Below are positions 12,209 to 25,600 of a stretch of 64,000 bases of DNA, in pieces; the first letter of the stretch is position 1; the number at the start of each line of letters is the position of its first letter. The notes under the pieces were generated by a model that searched no databases, had not been told where the DNA came from, and was given only the letters and a program-made list of their open reading frames with translations. The DNA comes from the human T2T-CHM13v2.0 reference genome, Homo sapiens, in the NCBI RefSeq assembly GCF_009914755.1, contig NC_060925.1; one strand, given 5' to 3'. A program made the position numbers and the translations under genes.

Positions 12209-13453
12209 CTTCCTCTTCTCCTATCTCCAGAATTTGAGCTCCAGATTCCAAACTTTTATTTGTCTTTGTATTTTCATTTCCTAGCTCAGTAAATGCTCAT
12301 AGTAAATGGTCAATAAGTATTGCTGATTGAATGCACAAACTAATGAACCACATTTGAGCAAGGATTATTGTGAGTAGATCCCAGACAATACTATGAAGCT
12401 GTTAAAATATTATATTAATTGTATAATAATTTAAACCAAGACACAGGGGACAATAAAAAGAGACTAAGGATAGAAAAGATATTTAAACTCTCTAGGATGT
12501 TAAACACAGATTTCATTTGTAATAGATTGGTTTGGTAACGTGGGGATGAGTCCTAGAGAAAGCTAAATAAGAAGGTAAAAGAGTTTACTACTGATTTACT
12601 CTGATAGAAATATGTCTTTGAAAAAATCAGTTTAAAAATTCAAACAGTAACTCCTTTCTGTCTTTAATATTTCTGTGCAACTCAGTCACAGTTTCATGTT
12701 AGCCATTGTTAAACTGATAAGAGCTCAGGTTTGCTAAAAAGTGTTTGCAAACACATCGGAATTAACATTAATCAAACCACTGTGTAAAAATAACAACTTT
12801 GAGAGCCCAGGATCCAGCTCCCTTTGACAGGGCTCTACCTGCCGTTGTCTGCTGCTAGATACTTGGATTCAGCGTTAAGCACATGTGCCTTTACAACCAT
12901 TCAATTGCCATGTTGAATCCGAATCAGAGTGATTCCTTTGGAAACCCCCTGCGAGACCAGCGTATCACAGTCCCTCCTCTGTGTCAAGAATTTTTCCCAC
13001 AAGACCCAACTAATTTAATTTCTTTCCTTTCCCAAAGCAACAAAACAAAACTGTAAAATAACCATTTCTTCAGTCCCAAATTAGAACTTTTGGCAAGGGA
13101 GGAAAGAGATCATGAATAATACGTGGCTATAGATCTAGAATCATTTTATAAATATAAGTGTGGGCTCATCTTTTGCCTTTGTTGCTACATGAATCATCTC
13201 AGTCACTGAGATTAAGAGACTGAGCAAATATAGTAGGTATTTCATGCCATATTTTCTGACTGTAGACTTTAGATTCTAGATATATGATTATTTGTAAATG
13301 ATTTGAGAATAAGAAAATCTGACTTTCTTTTAATACCTTGGTCTTTTTACAGTACTGAGTGGTACCAGCTTGCTCTGGTTGGTCTTCATTCCTGAGTAGT
13401 TCCATTGTCCTGAATATTTATTTGCCTTTGCTATAGAATTCGCATCCCAATGA

Positions 13454-13684
<231 letters not shown>

Positions 13685-13944
13685 GAGCATTGTGTCCCTT
13701 CGAGATGGGGATCCACACACTGTGAATGTGATGACTGTACTTCAGGTATCTCTGACATACCTGACAATGTTAATCTGCAACTGGGATTACACTGGAACTA
13801 CAGGAATGATTCCTTTGACCACCTTAAAAACTTTCACAGTGGTTCCGCTCGACACCATTGTTTTATTATATTATATCAGCCAATTGCAAAAAAAGTCTGT
13901 GCCAGTAATTTCAGCCTTATAATTAGCAAAAACATCTTCCAGAG

Positions 13945-13950
13945 AATAAA
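13945..13950 (+). terminator. CRB1: Candidate proximal CRB1 polyadenylation signal
   Basis: AATAAA followed by T-rich sequence (ctctttcctcttttc). Confidence 0.45.
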
Positions 13951-14242
13951 GTCTTCTGTGGCTTTAGTGGCTATCACTGAAACTCTTTCCTCTTTTCAAC
14001 CTGGGAACAAATTTTAGTTTTCATTTTAGGTTTCTGTACTTTCTGTAGTTTCTGTGTAAACTGCCATATGTTTACATGGAAACTACAGGAAAAAATTGGC
14101 TACATTTCTCACTTCTCCTATCATGTGGTCAAAGTTATTGTTGTATACCAGCGATGGGATGTATACTTTTGTCCTTCATTCATGGATTCAGAGAAAGCTC
14201 TGGGAATGACTTATGGTCCAAAAAAGTGACCCAATGGCAACA

Positions 14243-14248
14243 AATAAA
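14243..14248 (+). terminator. CRB1: Likely main CRB1 polyadenylation signal
   Basis: AATAAA with a downstream U/GU-rich element ~20-50 nt 3'. Confidence 0.7.
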
Positions 14249-14809
14249 AATTGAAATGCAGTTGTTCTCCTTTCTGAGTACTTTTTGCATTTTTGTGACA
14301 TTATGTGTGACAAAAGTAACCTCTAGGAACATTTGAAGAACCTGCTTATGAATTAGACCTTTTACCTAAATCATTTCAAGTTGGTTACATTTTCAAATTA
14401 TTACTCTTTGTAAAGGGTTGGTTAAGGCAAAACGCTTCCTAGATAGAAATCAAAACGGGGAAAACTCAGATTCTCAAGTTCGAAAAATCGAGTTCTTTTC
14501 TTCCAACTGCTTTTAGGTAAATCAGTGCCAAACAGTGACATTGTTTAAAGGTAAGAACTCCAAAGTTAAATGTATGCACTTTACGGAGTATGTGTTTTAA
14601 GACTATGGGATATTTGGAGAAAATGCTGGGGTTTCTATTCTTATATTTTCTTCTACAAAGCATCTGATTATATTTTTATATGTGCTTTGAAATATATGAA
14701 ACATGCTACTGCTGTAGAATATAAATAAAACTTAAGAATAGATGCATATATATTCTGGGTATACACTCAACATGTCTAATGACATGAATTTTTAAATCTG
14801 GTCTAGAAG

Positions 14810-15520
14810 AACCCATCCATCTCAATTACTCAAGGACATCATTTCAGCAAGTGCCCTTCTCTTCTACATCATCAGTTTACCCATTGTCCTGGGGCATCCC
14901 TATCAGCACCAACATGCTGTCATATTTCCTATCATATAAAATTCTCTCCTGTGGCCCTCATCTCACTCCAATATCTACCCCATTCCTCAACACCCCTTTT
15001 CAGCAAAACATCTACAGAGGAGTTTTCTGTATTTTTGGTTTCCCTTTTCTTGTCTCTCATCCTCTCTGGAACTTAAACTAATTTGGCTTTTCTCATCACC
15101 ACTCCATGACCTCCACATGGTCAAACACAATGTCCAGTCCTCAGTCCTCAGCTTACCTGACCTCTCCTAAGCATTTGAAACAATTGTCACTCCTCTTGAA
15201 ATATTTTCCACACAATGGGACACCATTTCATCTTGATTTTCTTCTTACCTCACTGTCCATCCCCTCTCCATCTCTTTTGATAGTTTCCCCTCATTCCTTA
15301 AACTCTGCTTTATTTTTTTCCATACTGTTTATCACCACCTGAGAGACTGCGTATTTTTTGTTGTTGTTGTTGTTCTCAATTTTCTCTATCTAGAATTTAG
15401 GTTATATGAGGATAAGAACTATTTTTTTTTTGACTCCAGTATCTCTCACCTGGAACAGGCCTAACCCATAGTGAAAACACAATAAATATTTTCTGGATAA
15501 ATAAACAAATAATGAATGAA
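14810..15520 (+). mobile_element. L2 fragment directly downstream of the CRB1 3' end
   Basis: Pyrimidine-rich L2 ORF2-like text and tail acacaataaatattttctggataaataaacaaataatgaatgaat. Confidence 0.6.
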
Positions 15521-16246
15521 TGGTGCTCAAATTTGTACCTGCCACCAGAGAAATCCCAAAGTGCCCAAGATTTGTGTGGGCTGTCATTGGATGCTCTGGT
15601 CATGAAACTATCATGGCTCTGTAGCCTATCTAATGTCTTACTCAATCTCAGGCTTTTTTATCCATATCTAATATTGCTTTAAGTGTAAGTTTAAGAAAAA
15701 GCATGTCTCCAGTGTCTACATGTGAAGTATACTATGAGCTATATTTATTTTTGCATTTCATTAGATACAACTTCTTAATAGAAGTTCATATGGAAAAGAA
15801 AGAGCTCATGCTTGAAAAAATAAGTAGCTGAGTTAAAAATACACACACAAACTAAAAAAAAATCACAGGATATAAAATGATTCTATTGGTTTAATTAATC
15901 TGAGTATTTGCTCTATTCCAGTACCTAGCTTAGAGCTTTGCATAGGTATGTATGTCCAAATACATGGATAAATGAATGCATGCAGGCATGAATAAATGAG
16001 TGATTCTTTCCATGTGGACACTCCAAGCACGCACACATTTACAGGCTGCCCCAGCAAGCCAAATCTCTTTATCTTTGAAGAAGCTAACTATTCAATATCT
16101 TATGTCAAGAATGCTTCCAAATTAGCCCCATGAAGTATTTGTACTGAACTATTTTTAACAATGTAGACCTCATCTTAGTGGAAAAGTGAAGCATCTGCAT
16201 GATCAATGACGGTGCAGCTTTTTAATAGAATGTATTTTCAAAATTT

Positions 16247-16723
16247 GTATTAGGATTGGTTTCGAAGACCGCAACAAAACACCACAGCAATTCCTCCCAT
16301 GCTCATTTGCAATGTGACATTGCCACCCCTCCCATCAAGAGGAGTCTGTTTGTCTTCTCCTTGAATTAGGGCTGGCCTTGTGATTTGCTGTGGCTGACAG
16401 AATGCCATGGAAATGATGCTCTGCCATACACAAGAGGCTTGCAGCTTCTGTTTTCCCTCTCTTGGAAGGCGACCCTGAGATTGCCATACTGTGAAGAAGC
16501 TTGGAATGAAAATAACATGTCAAGAGAGAGTCCCAGCCATGCCAGACATCCCTGCTGAACCCGGCCTCAGTCACCGTGCCTGCTGGATGCAATCACTTAG
16601 TGACCCACGTGAGAACAGCAAAGGAACCACCAGCTCAATCCACAAAATCATGAGAAACAGTAAATTGTTTTAAGCCATTAAGGTTTAGAGTGATTTGTTA
16701 CATAGTAATAGATAAATGAAACA
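16247..16723 (+). mobile_element. MaLR LTR (MLT1G/H-like)
   Basis: cccctcccatcaagaggagtct...ttgaattagggctggccttgtgatttgc; typical end ttgttttaagccattaaggtttagagtgatttgttacatagtaatagataaatgaaaca. Confidence 0.8.
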
Positions 16724-17419
16724 CAATTATTCACATCAATAAGGCAACCTAAGGAATACAGCAATATGAGGTACTTCTTTGATTCTAATTTCTTTGCTTT
16801 TAGAACTGCTGCTCTGGGAACTGGTGGACTATAGAGTATTCATTTGTATAGGAACAATAATTAGTACATTATGAATAAAATATGACACCTATATGTCAGA
16901 TTTCTCTCAGGATGGCAAATAAGGGTGAAGAGCCACTTAATCCAAACACAGGTCCAGGAGGTGCTGAGGGTTATAGTCCTTCTAGCGCAGCTGTTTGCAG
17001 GCTTTGGGGCATGGTGTAAAGTGGACACAGCCGGCCAACTTCCTGCCCTAGGGTGAACCCTGGCCCAAGGCAGCCAATGTAAAAGGCACACATCTGGTGT
17101 GAGTTTACAAGGAGTGACAGGAAGCCTCCTTCAAGCGGACTCTCATGTGGCTTCTGTAGTCACAGTGAGTGCAAAGAGAAGCAGGAAATGACAAATGACT
17201 GTGACTTAAATCAGCTGTCAAGCCTTCCCCTGTTTTATTCCTAAATTACCACCGTATAATAGATCCTCTTATCTGAGACTGAGACAGGTATGGTCCCAGA
17301 GTCTGGCCCTGTGTAGCCATAATTGTTATTATCATTACCAATTAGTATTAGCAGCAGTAATTGAAGAGTAACAGTAATAGGGAATAGAGGTAGAACTAGA
17401 AGCCATCATAGCAATGATA

Positions 17420-17740
17420 ATAATGATTATTATAACAATAAAGAGGGATCCCTTCCTGAGCCCTTGCTAGAGGCCAAGACTATCTTAAGCTTGCTGCGCT
17501 ACATGCATTATGTCTCATTTAGACCTCATAACAGCCTTTGAGGGAGGAACTTTTATCTTCTTCTCACGAGCCTCTGCAGACAAAGAAACATAGTTTTAAA
17601 CTTCTGAAATGCCCCATTCAGCTGATCTGAGCTTAATCTGAAAAATGGGAATCACACCTCTATTGCACAGGCACATTATGATAACATTATTGGAAAATGC
17701 TTAACTACAAGTAAGCACACAATACATAGCATCTATTGTT
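17420..17740. mobile_element. MIR fragments preceded by a low-complexity (TAA/TAG) tract
   Basis: acatgcattatgtctcatttagacctcataacagcctttgagg; atctgaaaaatgggaatcacacc. Confidence 0.5.
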
Positions 17741-19916
17741 ACTATTCAGATAAGATGAAGTGTTAGTAGGACAAATGACAAGCAGCAGTAACGTTTAAAT
17801 GGTTTCCACACTCCTACCTCCTACTTTATCTGCCAGACAAACCAAATAGGTAACTACTTTCCTCCTATCCTCCTTCCCATCTGTCTTATAATGTGTTTGT
17901 AAAATAAGCAGGTTTTGTGCAGAGAAAGATAATTTTTTCATGTCATTCCCATAACTCTGAATTGCCTCATGATGGTGGTCCCATCCAACTAAAGAATTTA
18001 ATTCATTCATCTGTAATAAAACAAACGGTACATACCAGTTGTATGTCCTCAGTGAAATTGTCAGAAATAAATCAAAAGGTCTCAGGTCTCTCAGACCTCC
18101 AAACAACTAATGATAGAGATTTTTTTTAGTTATACATTGTAGAGATGACTTATTATTATGGTTTTTTTTGGCCCTTTTTTGTTAGAAAATCACCATCATC
18201 TTTTTTCATTAACAGCAAGAAATATTGGCCCATGTATCTTGATTTAAATCATCCTTCTGATAATGATTAGCTAGCCAACTTTCAACCTGGTTTTATGCTC
18301 TGCAGGGGCATATCTGGAAGGAATATGACTTTTCAAGTTTCACCCTGCTTTCAGCAAAAGTGCAGTTTTTACTGCTGTGTATTGCATTGAATAGTGATGA
18401 CAAAAATGCATGTTTCCCATTTAAACTGATTCTCCTATGATTTGGTACCCAGGCTTTGCTTTACATGGTTCCAGAAACCTGGGAACAGCATCTATCCAAC
18501 ATATTTGGCAGTGCCTGCCTGAGGACAGCTGCTTTAATCACCAATCACAGAGTCTCCTAGAATGGGAGAAAACAAGCTCCCCTTGAAAACTGCTCCCAAA
18601 TCCACATCTTTCAGCTCGAAGTGGAGCATCCTGTAGAGGTGCTCATGGTTTGCAGCTTGAGGCTCCTGGCTCAAAATTAAACTCATTCATGGCTGAAATA
18701 AGGCAAACTGAATGGAAGCAAATATAGGTGTTATGAAAAGTCCCTAGAGTATAAGAGCTCCAGGACCCCATTTTGACTCAATCCTTCATGTCAAAGATTT
18801 GGCTGCAGCATGAATTAATTTATTCAGCTACATACTCAACATCCAGCTTTGTATGGTTGCGAAAGCCTTTTACCATATGAGGCGGGTGGTCCACAAGACA
18901 ACTTCTAGGTTAGCTTTCCCATACAGAGATCATTCAAAAACTTTATTTTGCAAGGTCAGTCCCATTTTCTAATGCCCACTTTAAAAAGAAATTGCTGTAC
19001 ATTTGAATCATTTGGGGATTTTGTTTTTTGTAAAATATAAATAACTAGCACTAACCACCCAGGGTAGGTTTAATTTGAAAATATTTTTTTGCATGAAGAA
19101 AAATTAAGCCGAACTTTACCTTAATTAAAGGTTAAAAATCGTAATAAAAATTTTATTTTATTGGGTTTCCAAAGCCATTAGGTTTTCCAGGTCCAGAATA
19201 TAGACATCCCATATAGAATATAGACATGAACCCAGGCTCAAATTTTTCTAAAAGTATTAATTATTTTTTAAATGCATTGATAATTGGTTCTCTGATAAAC
19301 AGAAGGGAAGGCAGAGGGTCCTCTTGATTGGCGATCTGAATAGTACCTGGATTTCGGGTCACCACCCCTCCACTGCCAAATACCAATTTCATTCAAATAT
19401 TGAATCTGCAGTAATAGGACTTAAGTGTCTCAAAATGAAGAAGAGCAAAAATCATCAATTTAATAAACTGTTCGTCTGAAGCCCCTAATGGCCAAAATCA
19501 GAGATTCCAATTATGCCAGTTTATTTAGCATTTATCATGTTGATAGAATGAGAGACCTTACCATGGGAGAAAAAAGGATGAAGAAAATGTCACTCACAAT
19601 TAGAGAGTAAAATGTAATGTCGTCATCCAAACTGACAGAGGGTAACTTAAATCATTTAAAATGAAATACAAATTAATTATTCCACTTATCCCAGAAACTG
19701 GCCAAACACACACCCTACTGAAAAAAATCAAATTTGTTTATATTTACTAGAGTTCCAGTGAACTTTCAGAGTTCTAGTGACCTTCTGAAAGCATTTCAGT
19801 AGATTAACATCTGCCCTCAAGAGTTATTAGTCTAGAGATGAGACTATTATAAAAGACTCAAAAGTGTCAAAATAAATTCATTGTTGCCATGCATAATCTT
19901 AATACCTGTTTAATAA

Positions 19917-20268
<352 letters not shown>

Positions 20269-22071
20269 TAGACCTCTTTTCAAAGGATATTTCTTTCTGT
20301 GTTTTTTGATCAAAACAATAAAAACTAGAGATTATAAAAGTAGGTGAAAATATTTCAAGATGGCAGATCAATTTATAGTTCAAAACTCAATTTAGATTCT
20401 AATAGTGTTTAGGAACAAATTTGGTCAAAGTTAGTCATCTTCCATGAAAATCATTGCTGACAAGAGGCTATATCATTTAATCAATAATATAGACGAAGTG
20501 AAAACAGATTTGGGGGATGCTATGATATTTTTGTTCATTGTTATAAGTGAGATATCAAAAGCTCATTTCTTAAAGTTAGGTTATTTTTTCCTCAAGACTG
20601 TAAAGATTGCTGCCTTTAGATGCCAGTTAGGATGCGTACAGTAATTGGTAAATTTCTGTCCTCAGGTTTGGAATGAGATTTATAATCCAGCCAAATATCA
20701 TTACTCTCCACAAACAGCTATATTAAAAAACAGGTATTTGTGATCATTGATTATTTGAAGCAATAATTGAATATTTGAAGGCATAGATTGTGACCTTTCT
20801 GACCAACTGTATGTAATCAGTGCTTAATTTAATCCAACTGGGTGTTGTAGCTGCTATTTCCCACCAAATTTCTGAGTGTAACCCTCTTTTTTAGGCTCGA
20901 TTATCTTGCTGCTTATTAGTGAAAGATTCCTTAATTCAAAGTCCCATCCAGCATTTCTGAAACTCCAATCCCTACACTGTTCATGCTGAGTCTTTTGTTT
21001 TTCTTATCTTAATGAGAAATATCAATTAACAACCTCTACTCTCCCCTTCTACAACAATTAGATACAAGGCACTATCCTCTTCCTTCTCAAGGGTGACTCA
21101 TGTTGGAGAAGAGTGAAAATTTTTGAATATTGAAGTCTCTTTAGTGCCCTATGATGAGTTGACTTCTGTATCTGTTCTTGTCAGGAATGGCAGCACTGGT
21201 AAGTCATCCAGGCTGTGATGGTGGCCTGCAGCAGTTTCCATCAGCCACTCCTATTCTCATCAGGCTGACTTTCAGAGGCCACTGCTGGACAAGGGTGGTG
21301 AGGATGTCCTCTTGCATCCTATCAACTACCCTAGGCCAGTAGCAGCTGCACAACTTAGCATTGCTCCCTTCACCCAACCTGGATCTCAGAGCTGCCTGGA
21401 TCTCAGAGCTGCCCCTTAATCACCAGGGAGCAACTGTAGGATAACACGGCTCCTGCAACCCTGAGTTTAGTCGGAGACTAGGCCACTGCTACTGTCACAC
21501 TCACATCTCCTCAGAGGCCTCCCTCCATTCCAGACCACCCTTTCCCTACTCCCTTGGAGAATTCAAGCAAAGCTCTCCACCTGTTCCTAAGGATGGTCTA
21601 ATCTCAGGACACACAGACAAGAACCTGGCTAGGCCAGGATTCTACCAGAGAGGTAAGCACACTTAACTCTAATTAGAGGCCTAGATAGGTATGTGGACAG
21701 TCAAAATCTGTCTAGCAACAAAAGCCCTGCCATCTTAGTGTAAACAGCCTCGGGCAGCTTCAGCTATTTTCTCTGGATCAGTGTCAGGTGACCCAGTTCA
21801 CTTTCTCTTATTTCAGCATAATTGGCCTTTGTGACTTGTGAAGAGGAAGTATGATCTAACTTTTTCTTTCTCAGTACTATTTACTTTCCAGCATTGATTT
21901 TTCCGTTTTGAGTTTGAACTTCACGTCTTAATCATTTTCTTGCTACCTCTTCCATCTAAAACTAGGAAGCAAACTAAGCTAGCTTGTGACCTCTGGGCAT
22001 CTCTCCTAAATTCTGCAACTCTCACCTTCTATCATGTATTAGATCACTGAGGTTAAATTAAATATTACAGG

Positions 22072-22376
22072 GGTTGAGCACAGTGGCTCATGCCTAAAAT
22101 CCCAGCACTTTGGGAGGCAGAGGCAGGTGGGTCACAAGGTCAAGAGATCGAGACCATCCTGGCCAACATGGTGAAACCCCGTCACTACTAAAAATACAAA
22201 AATTAGCTGGGTATGGTGGCACGCACCTGTAGTCCCAGCTACTCGGAGGCCTAGGCAGGATAATCACTCGAACCCAGGAGGCGGAGGTTGCAGTGAGCCA
22301 ATATTGCGCCACTGCACTCCAGCCTGGATGACAGAGCAAGACTCCGTCTCAAAAAAAAAAAAAAAAAAAAAAAAAT
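22072..22376 (+). mobile_element. Alu (AluSc-like)
   Basis: ggtcacaaggtcaagagatcgagaccatcctggccaac diagnostic; long poly(A) tail. Confidence 0.95.
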
Positions 22377-22605
22377 TCTATAGGAATTCGATGCTCTTTT
22401 TAGAGTCAGTCCTTCCCTTAACCTTGACTAGGTTCTTTGAAACTGGTGTCAGCAAAATCCTTCTTTTGCTGACAGTTTCAAAGATGCCCAGACCTTGAAG
22501 GTTTTTAGCACTGGCTTATCCCACCTAAGATTGTTCAAAACACAAGTTTTTGAATCACTCAAACATATCTGGGACACACAAATCTGATTTTAAAACAAGT
22601 ACATA

Positions 22606-25600
22606 TATCCCCTTCGGAACACTACCCCAGCAGCCTAAGAACCACCCCCATCCCCACAGTGGCCGTGGCAGACCCTGCCCAAGAAAAGTCTGAGCTCAGA
22701 CCCACCTAACCCTGCCCACAACAAGCAGTATTTATCCACTTGCTCTGGTAGCTTAAGACAAAAGACATAAATTTTGGGAGCTTTATGGCAACACCCATTG
22801 CCTGAGGAATCAGAATACTTCCCCTGGACAACTTAGGGCAGTTCAAATCCCACTGCTACAAATGCAGCTGGTCCTCTCTGGAAAGTGCAACCTCCTGGCT
22901 GAAGGCCAACAAACTCAGACATGTACAGTACCTCTTGACAGAATAACACTGTGACCAGGAAGGAGAAAATGGCTGCATGATCTCAGCTAACACCACTGCC
23001 TGAAACACCGTGACTAACCAGAGGTCCTGCGTCTATGTGACAATTTCACTACTAGTATAACCAGCATTTGAGAGAGCCAGCTCACTAAGCCTGTCTACAA
23101 CCAAGGATTCTCACAATCTATCTTACTCCCCTGTGATGCCATCAGAGTGGGTGCTGGTACCTACTGCTGGGAGACTTGAAGATAGGTCGTATCACTGGAT
23201 CCTTTGCAGACATTCCCGAGGACCAGCCTGGAGTCTGGTAGCTGCACCGGGTGGCTAGACACAGAAGAGCAATAACAATCATTGCAGCCTGGCTCTCAAG
23301 AAGTCCCATTCCTAGGCTAACGGGGAGAGTCCAACATGAAGGGAATACTTCCACAGGGTACTGTGGAAGAAAAAATTCTGAACAGTAGGCCTTGAGTCCT
23401 AGATCTTTCTGCTGGTTGGAAGTTTCTTACAGGAGAGACACAATTGCAGCACTGGGAGCAGTAGGGAAAGTCTGTACCTCTACCCCAACAGGCAGGCAGC
23501 CTCTGTGATAATGAAGGATTTTGGAGAAGGGGTCCTTGTTCTCCCTGGAAGACCACTGCAGACACATCTGGGGCTTCTCACATGGGAACACAGCATGGAT
23601 GCACTTATAGACAGCCTTCCTGGAACAATTCAAGTTGATTACAGCCCCAGAGGAGGAGCACTCCGCAGATTCAGGCCTGCACAAGAGGCAGAGTCACAAT
23701 CCCTCCCTACTTGGAATATCAACATTCTTATAGATGAAAAGAGGTGCCTTTCTGATCTGAATAGCCAGTACACTGGGGCAGGAGTGAGACTATGAGGTGG
23801 ATAGCTTTCCTGCAGGCCTGGTAGGGGAGCTGAGGTAGTTCCCACTGTTCATCCTGATAAAACCTCAGCACATCTAATTAAGAGCTCCCCCAGCACCTTC
23901 ACCAAGGCTGGGACCTCTGCCCACCATTGGGTATTACATCTACCCACCTGCCTTACCTACAAGCAGTGCCTACCCAGGGATACCTCGCCTATTGGCTTGA
24001 AGCCTTAATTATCAACTTAGTAAATAAAATACTGGGGAAAAATTAAATAAATAAAGTGTACATCGTGAGAGAATGAGATAAGCTTCAAGAGATCCCTGCC
24101 ATTTCCAACCCCATAGGAGACAGTGAACTCACCCATACACTAAGTACATAACTACTACACCCAGGATCTGGAAAAGCCAGTGCACAAAGACTCTATATAA
24201 CTAAGGAACTCATATATAGTCTTCACTCCTAAAAGCACCAAGAATCAAATTAGACTAAAATAAAGTATACACACTAAAGTCAGATCTTTAAGAGGGAAAA
24301 AATAGAAATTAAAAAAGAAAAACTTGGTCAAATAAAAAATAAATTCAAGAACAATTAGAAGAAGTAGTCTACCCAAATGAGAAGAAACCTGAAAAGTAAT
24401 TCTGGTAATATGACAAAACAGGATCTATAACATCCCCAAAAGATCACACTAGCTCCCCAGCAATGGATCCAAACCAAGAAGAAATCTCTGAAGTGCCAGA
24501 TAAAGAATTCAGAAGGTCGACTATTAAGCTACTCAAAGAGATACCAGAGAAAGGTGAAAACTAACTTAAAGAAATTTTAAAAACAATCTAGGATATGAAT
24601 GAAAAATCTTCCAGAGAAATAGATATCATAAATAAAAACAAATTGGAACTTCTGGAAATGAAAGACATGCATAGGGAAAAACAAAATGCAGGGGAAAGTT
24701 TCAACAATAGACTAGAACAAATAGAAGAAAGAATTTCAGAGCTTGAAGTCAAGGCTTTCAAATTAACCCAATCAGACAAAGACAAAGAAAAAGAAAACAA
24801 ATTAACAAAGTCTCCAGGAAATATGGGATTATGTGAAATGGCTAAACCTAAGAATAACTGGTGTTCCTGTTTGGAAAACTTATTTGAGAGAATAATTGAG
24901 AAAAACTATCCTGGCCTTGCTAGAGATCTGGACTTCCAAATACAAGAAGCTCAAAGAACTCCTGGGAAATTCAGAAGATCACCACCAAGGCCCATGGTCA
25001 TCAGGCTATCTAAAGATACAGAGTAGAATCTTAAGAGCTGTGAGACAAAAGCATCAAGTAACTTATAGAGGCAAACCTATTAGACTAACAGCAAGTTTCT
25101 CAACAGAAATCTTATAAGCCAGAAGACACAGGGGTCCTATCTTTAGCATCCTTAAAAAAAGTAACCATCAGAATCTTGTATCCAGTAAAAGTAAGATTCA
25201 TAAATGAAGGAGAGAAAAAGTCTTTCTGAGACAAACAAATACTGACAGAATTCGCCACTACCAAACCAACACTACAAGAAATGCTAAAAGGAGTTTTACA
25301 TCTTGAAACAAAACCTCAATATACACCAAAATGGAACCTCCTAAAGCATATATCTCACAGAGCCTATAAAACAAACAATAACACAATGAAGAAAAACAAA
25401 GTATCTAGTTAACAACAAATACGATGAATAGAACAGTACCTCACATCTTAATATTAGCATTAAATGTAAATGGCCTAAATGCTCCACTTAAAAGATACAG
25501 AATAGCAGAATAAATTAAAAAAAAAAACACTAACCAAATATCTGCTGTCTTCAAGAGACTTACCTAACACATAAGGACTCACACAAACCTAAGGGGGTGG

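Larger units (their letters stand above)
10990..12345 (+). mobile_element. L2 element interrupted by an Alu, a (TG)n tract and a local duplication
   Basis: L2 motifs (tgcttaaatatcttcagtggctcctcactgactacaggacaaagtc) and 3' tail caataagtattgctgattgaatg. Confidence 0.65.
13685..14265 (+). other. CRB1: CRB1 3' UTR (end approximate)
   Basis: Repeat-free sequence after the stop. AATAAA at 13945-13950 and 14243-14248; the second is followed by GT/T-rich sequence (gttgttctcctttctgagtactttttgcatttttgtg). Confidence 0.8.
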
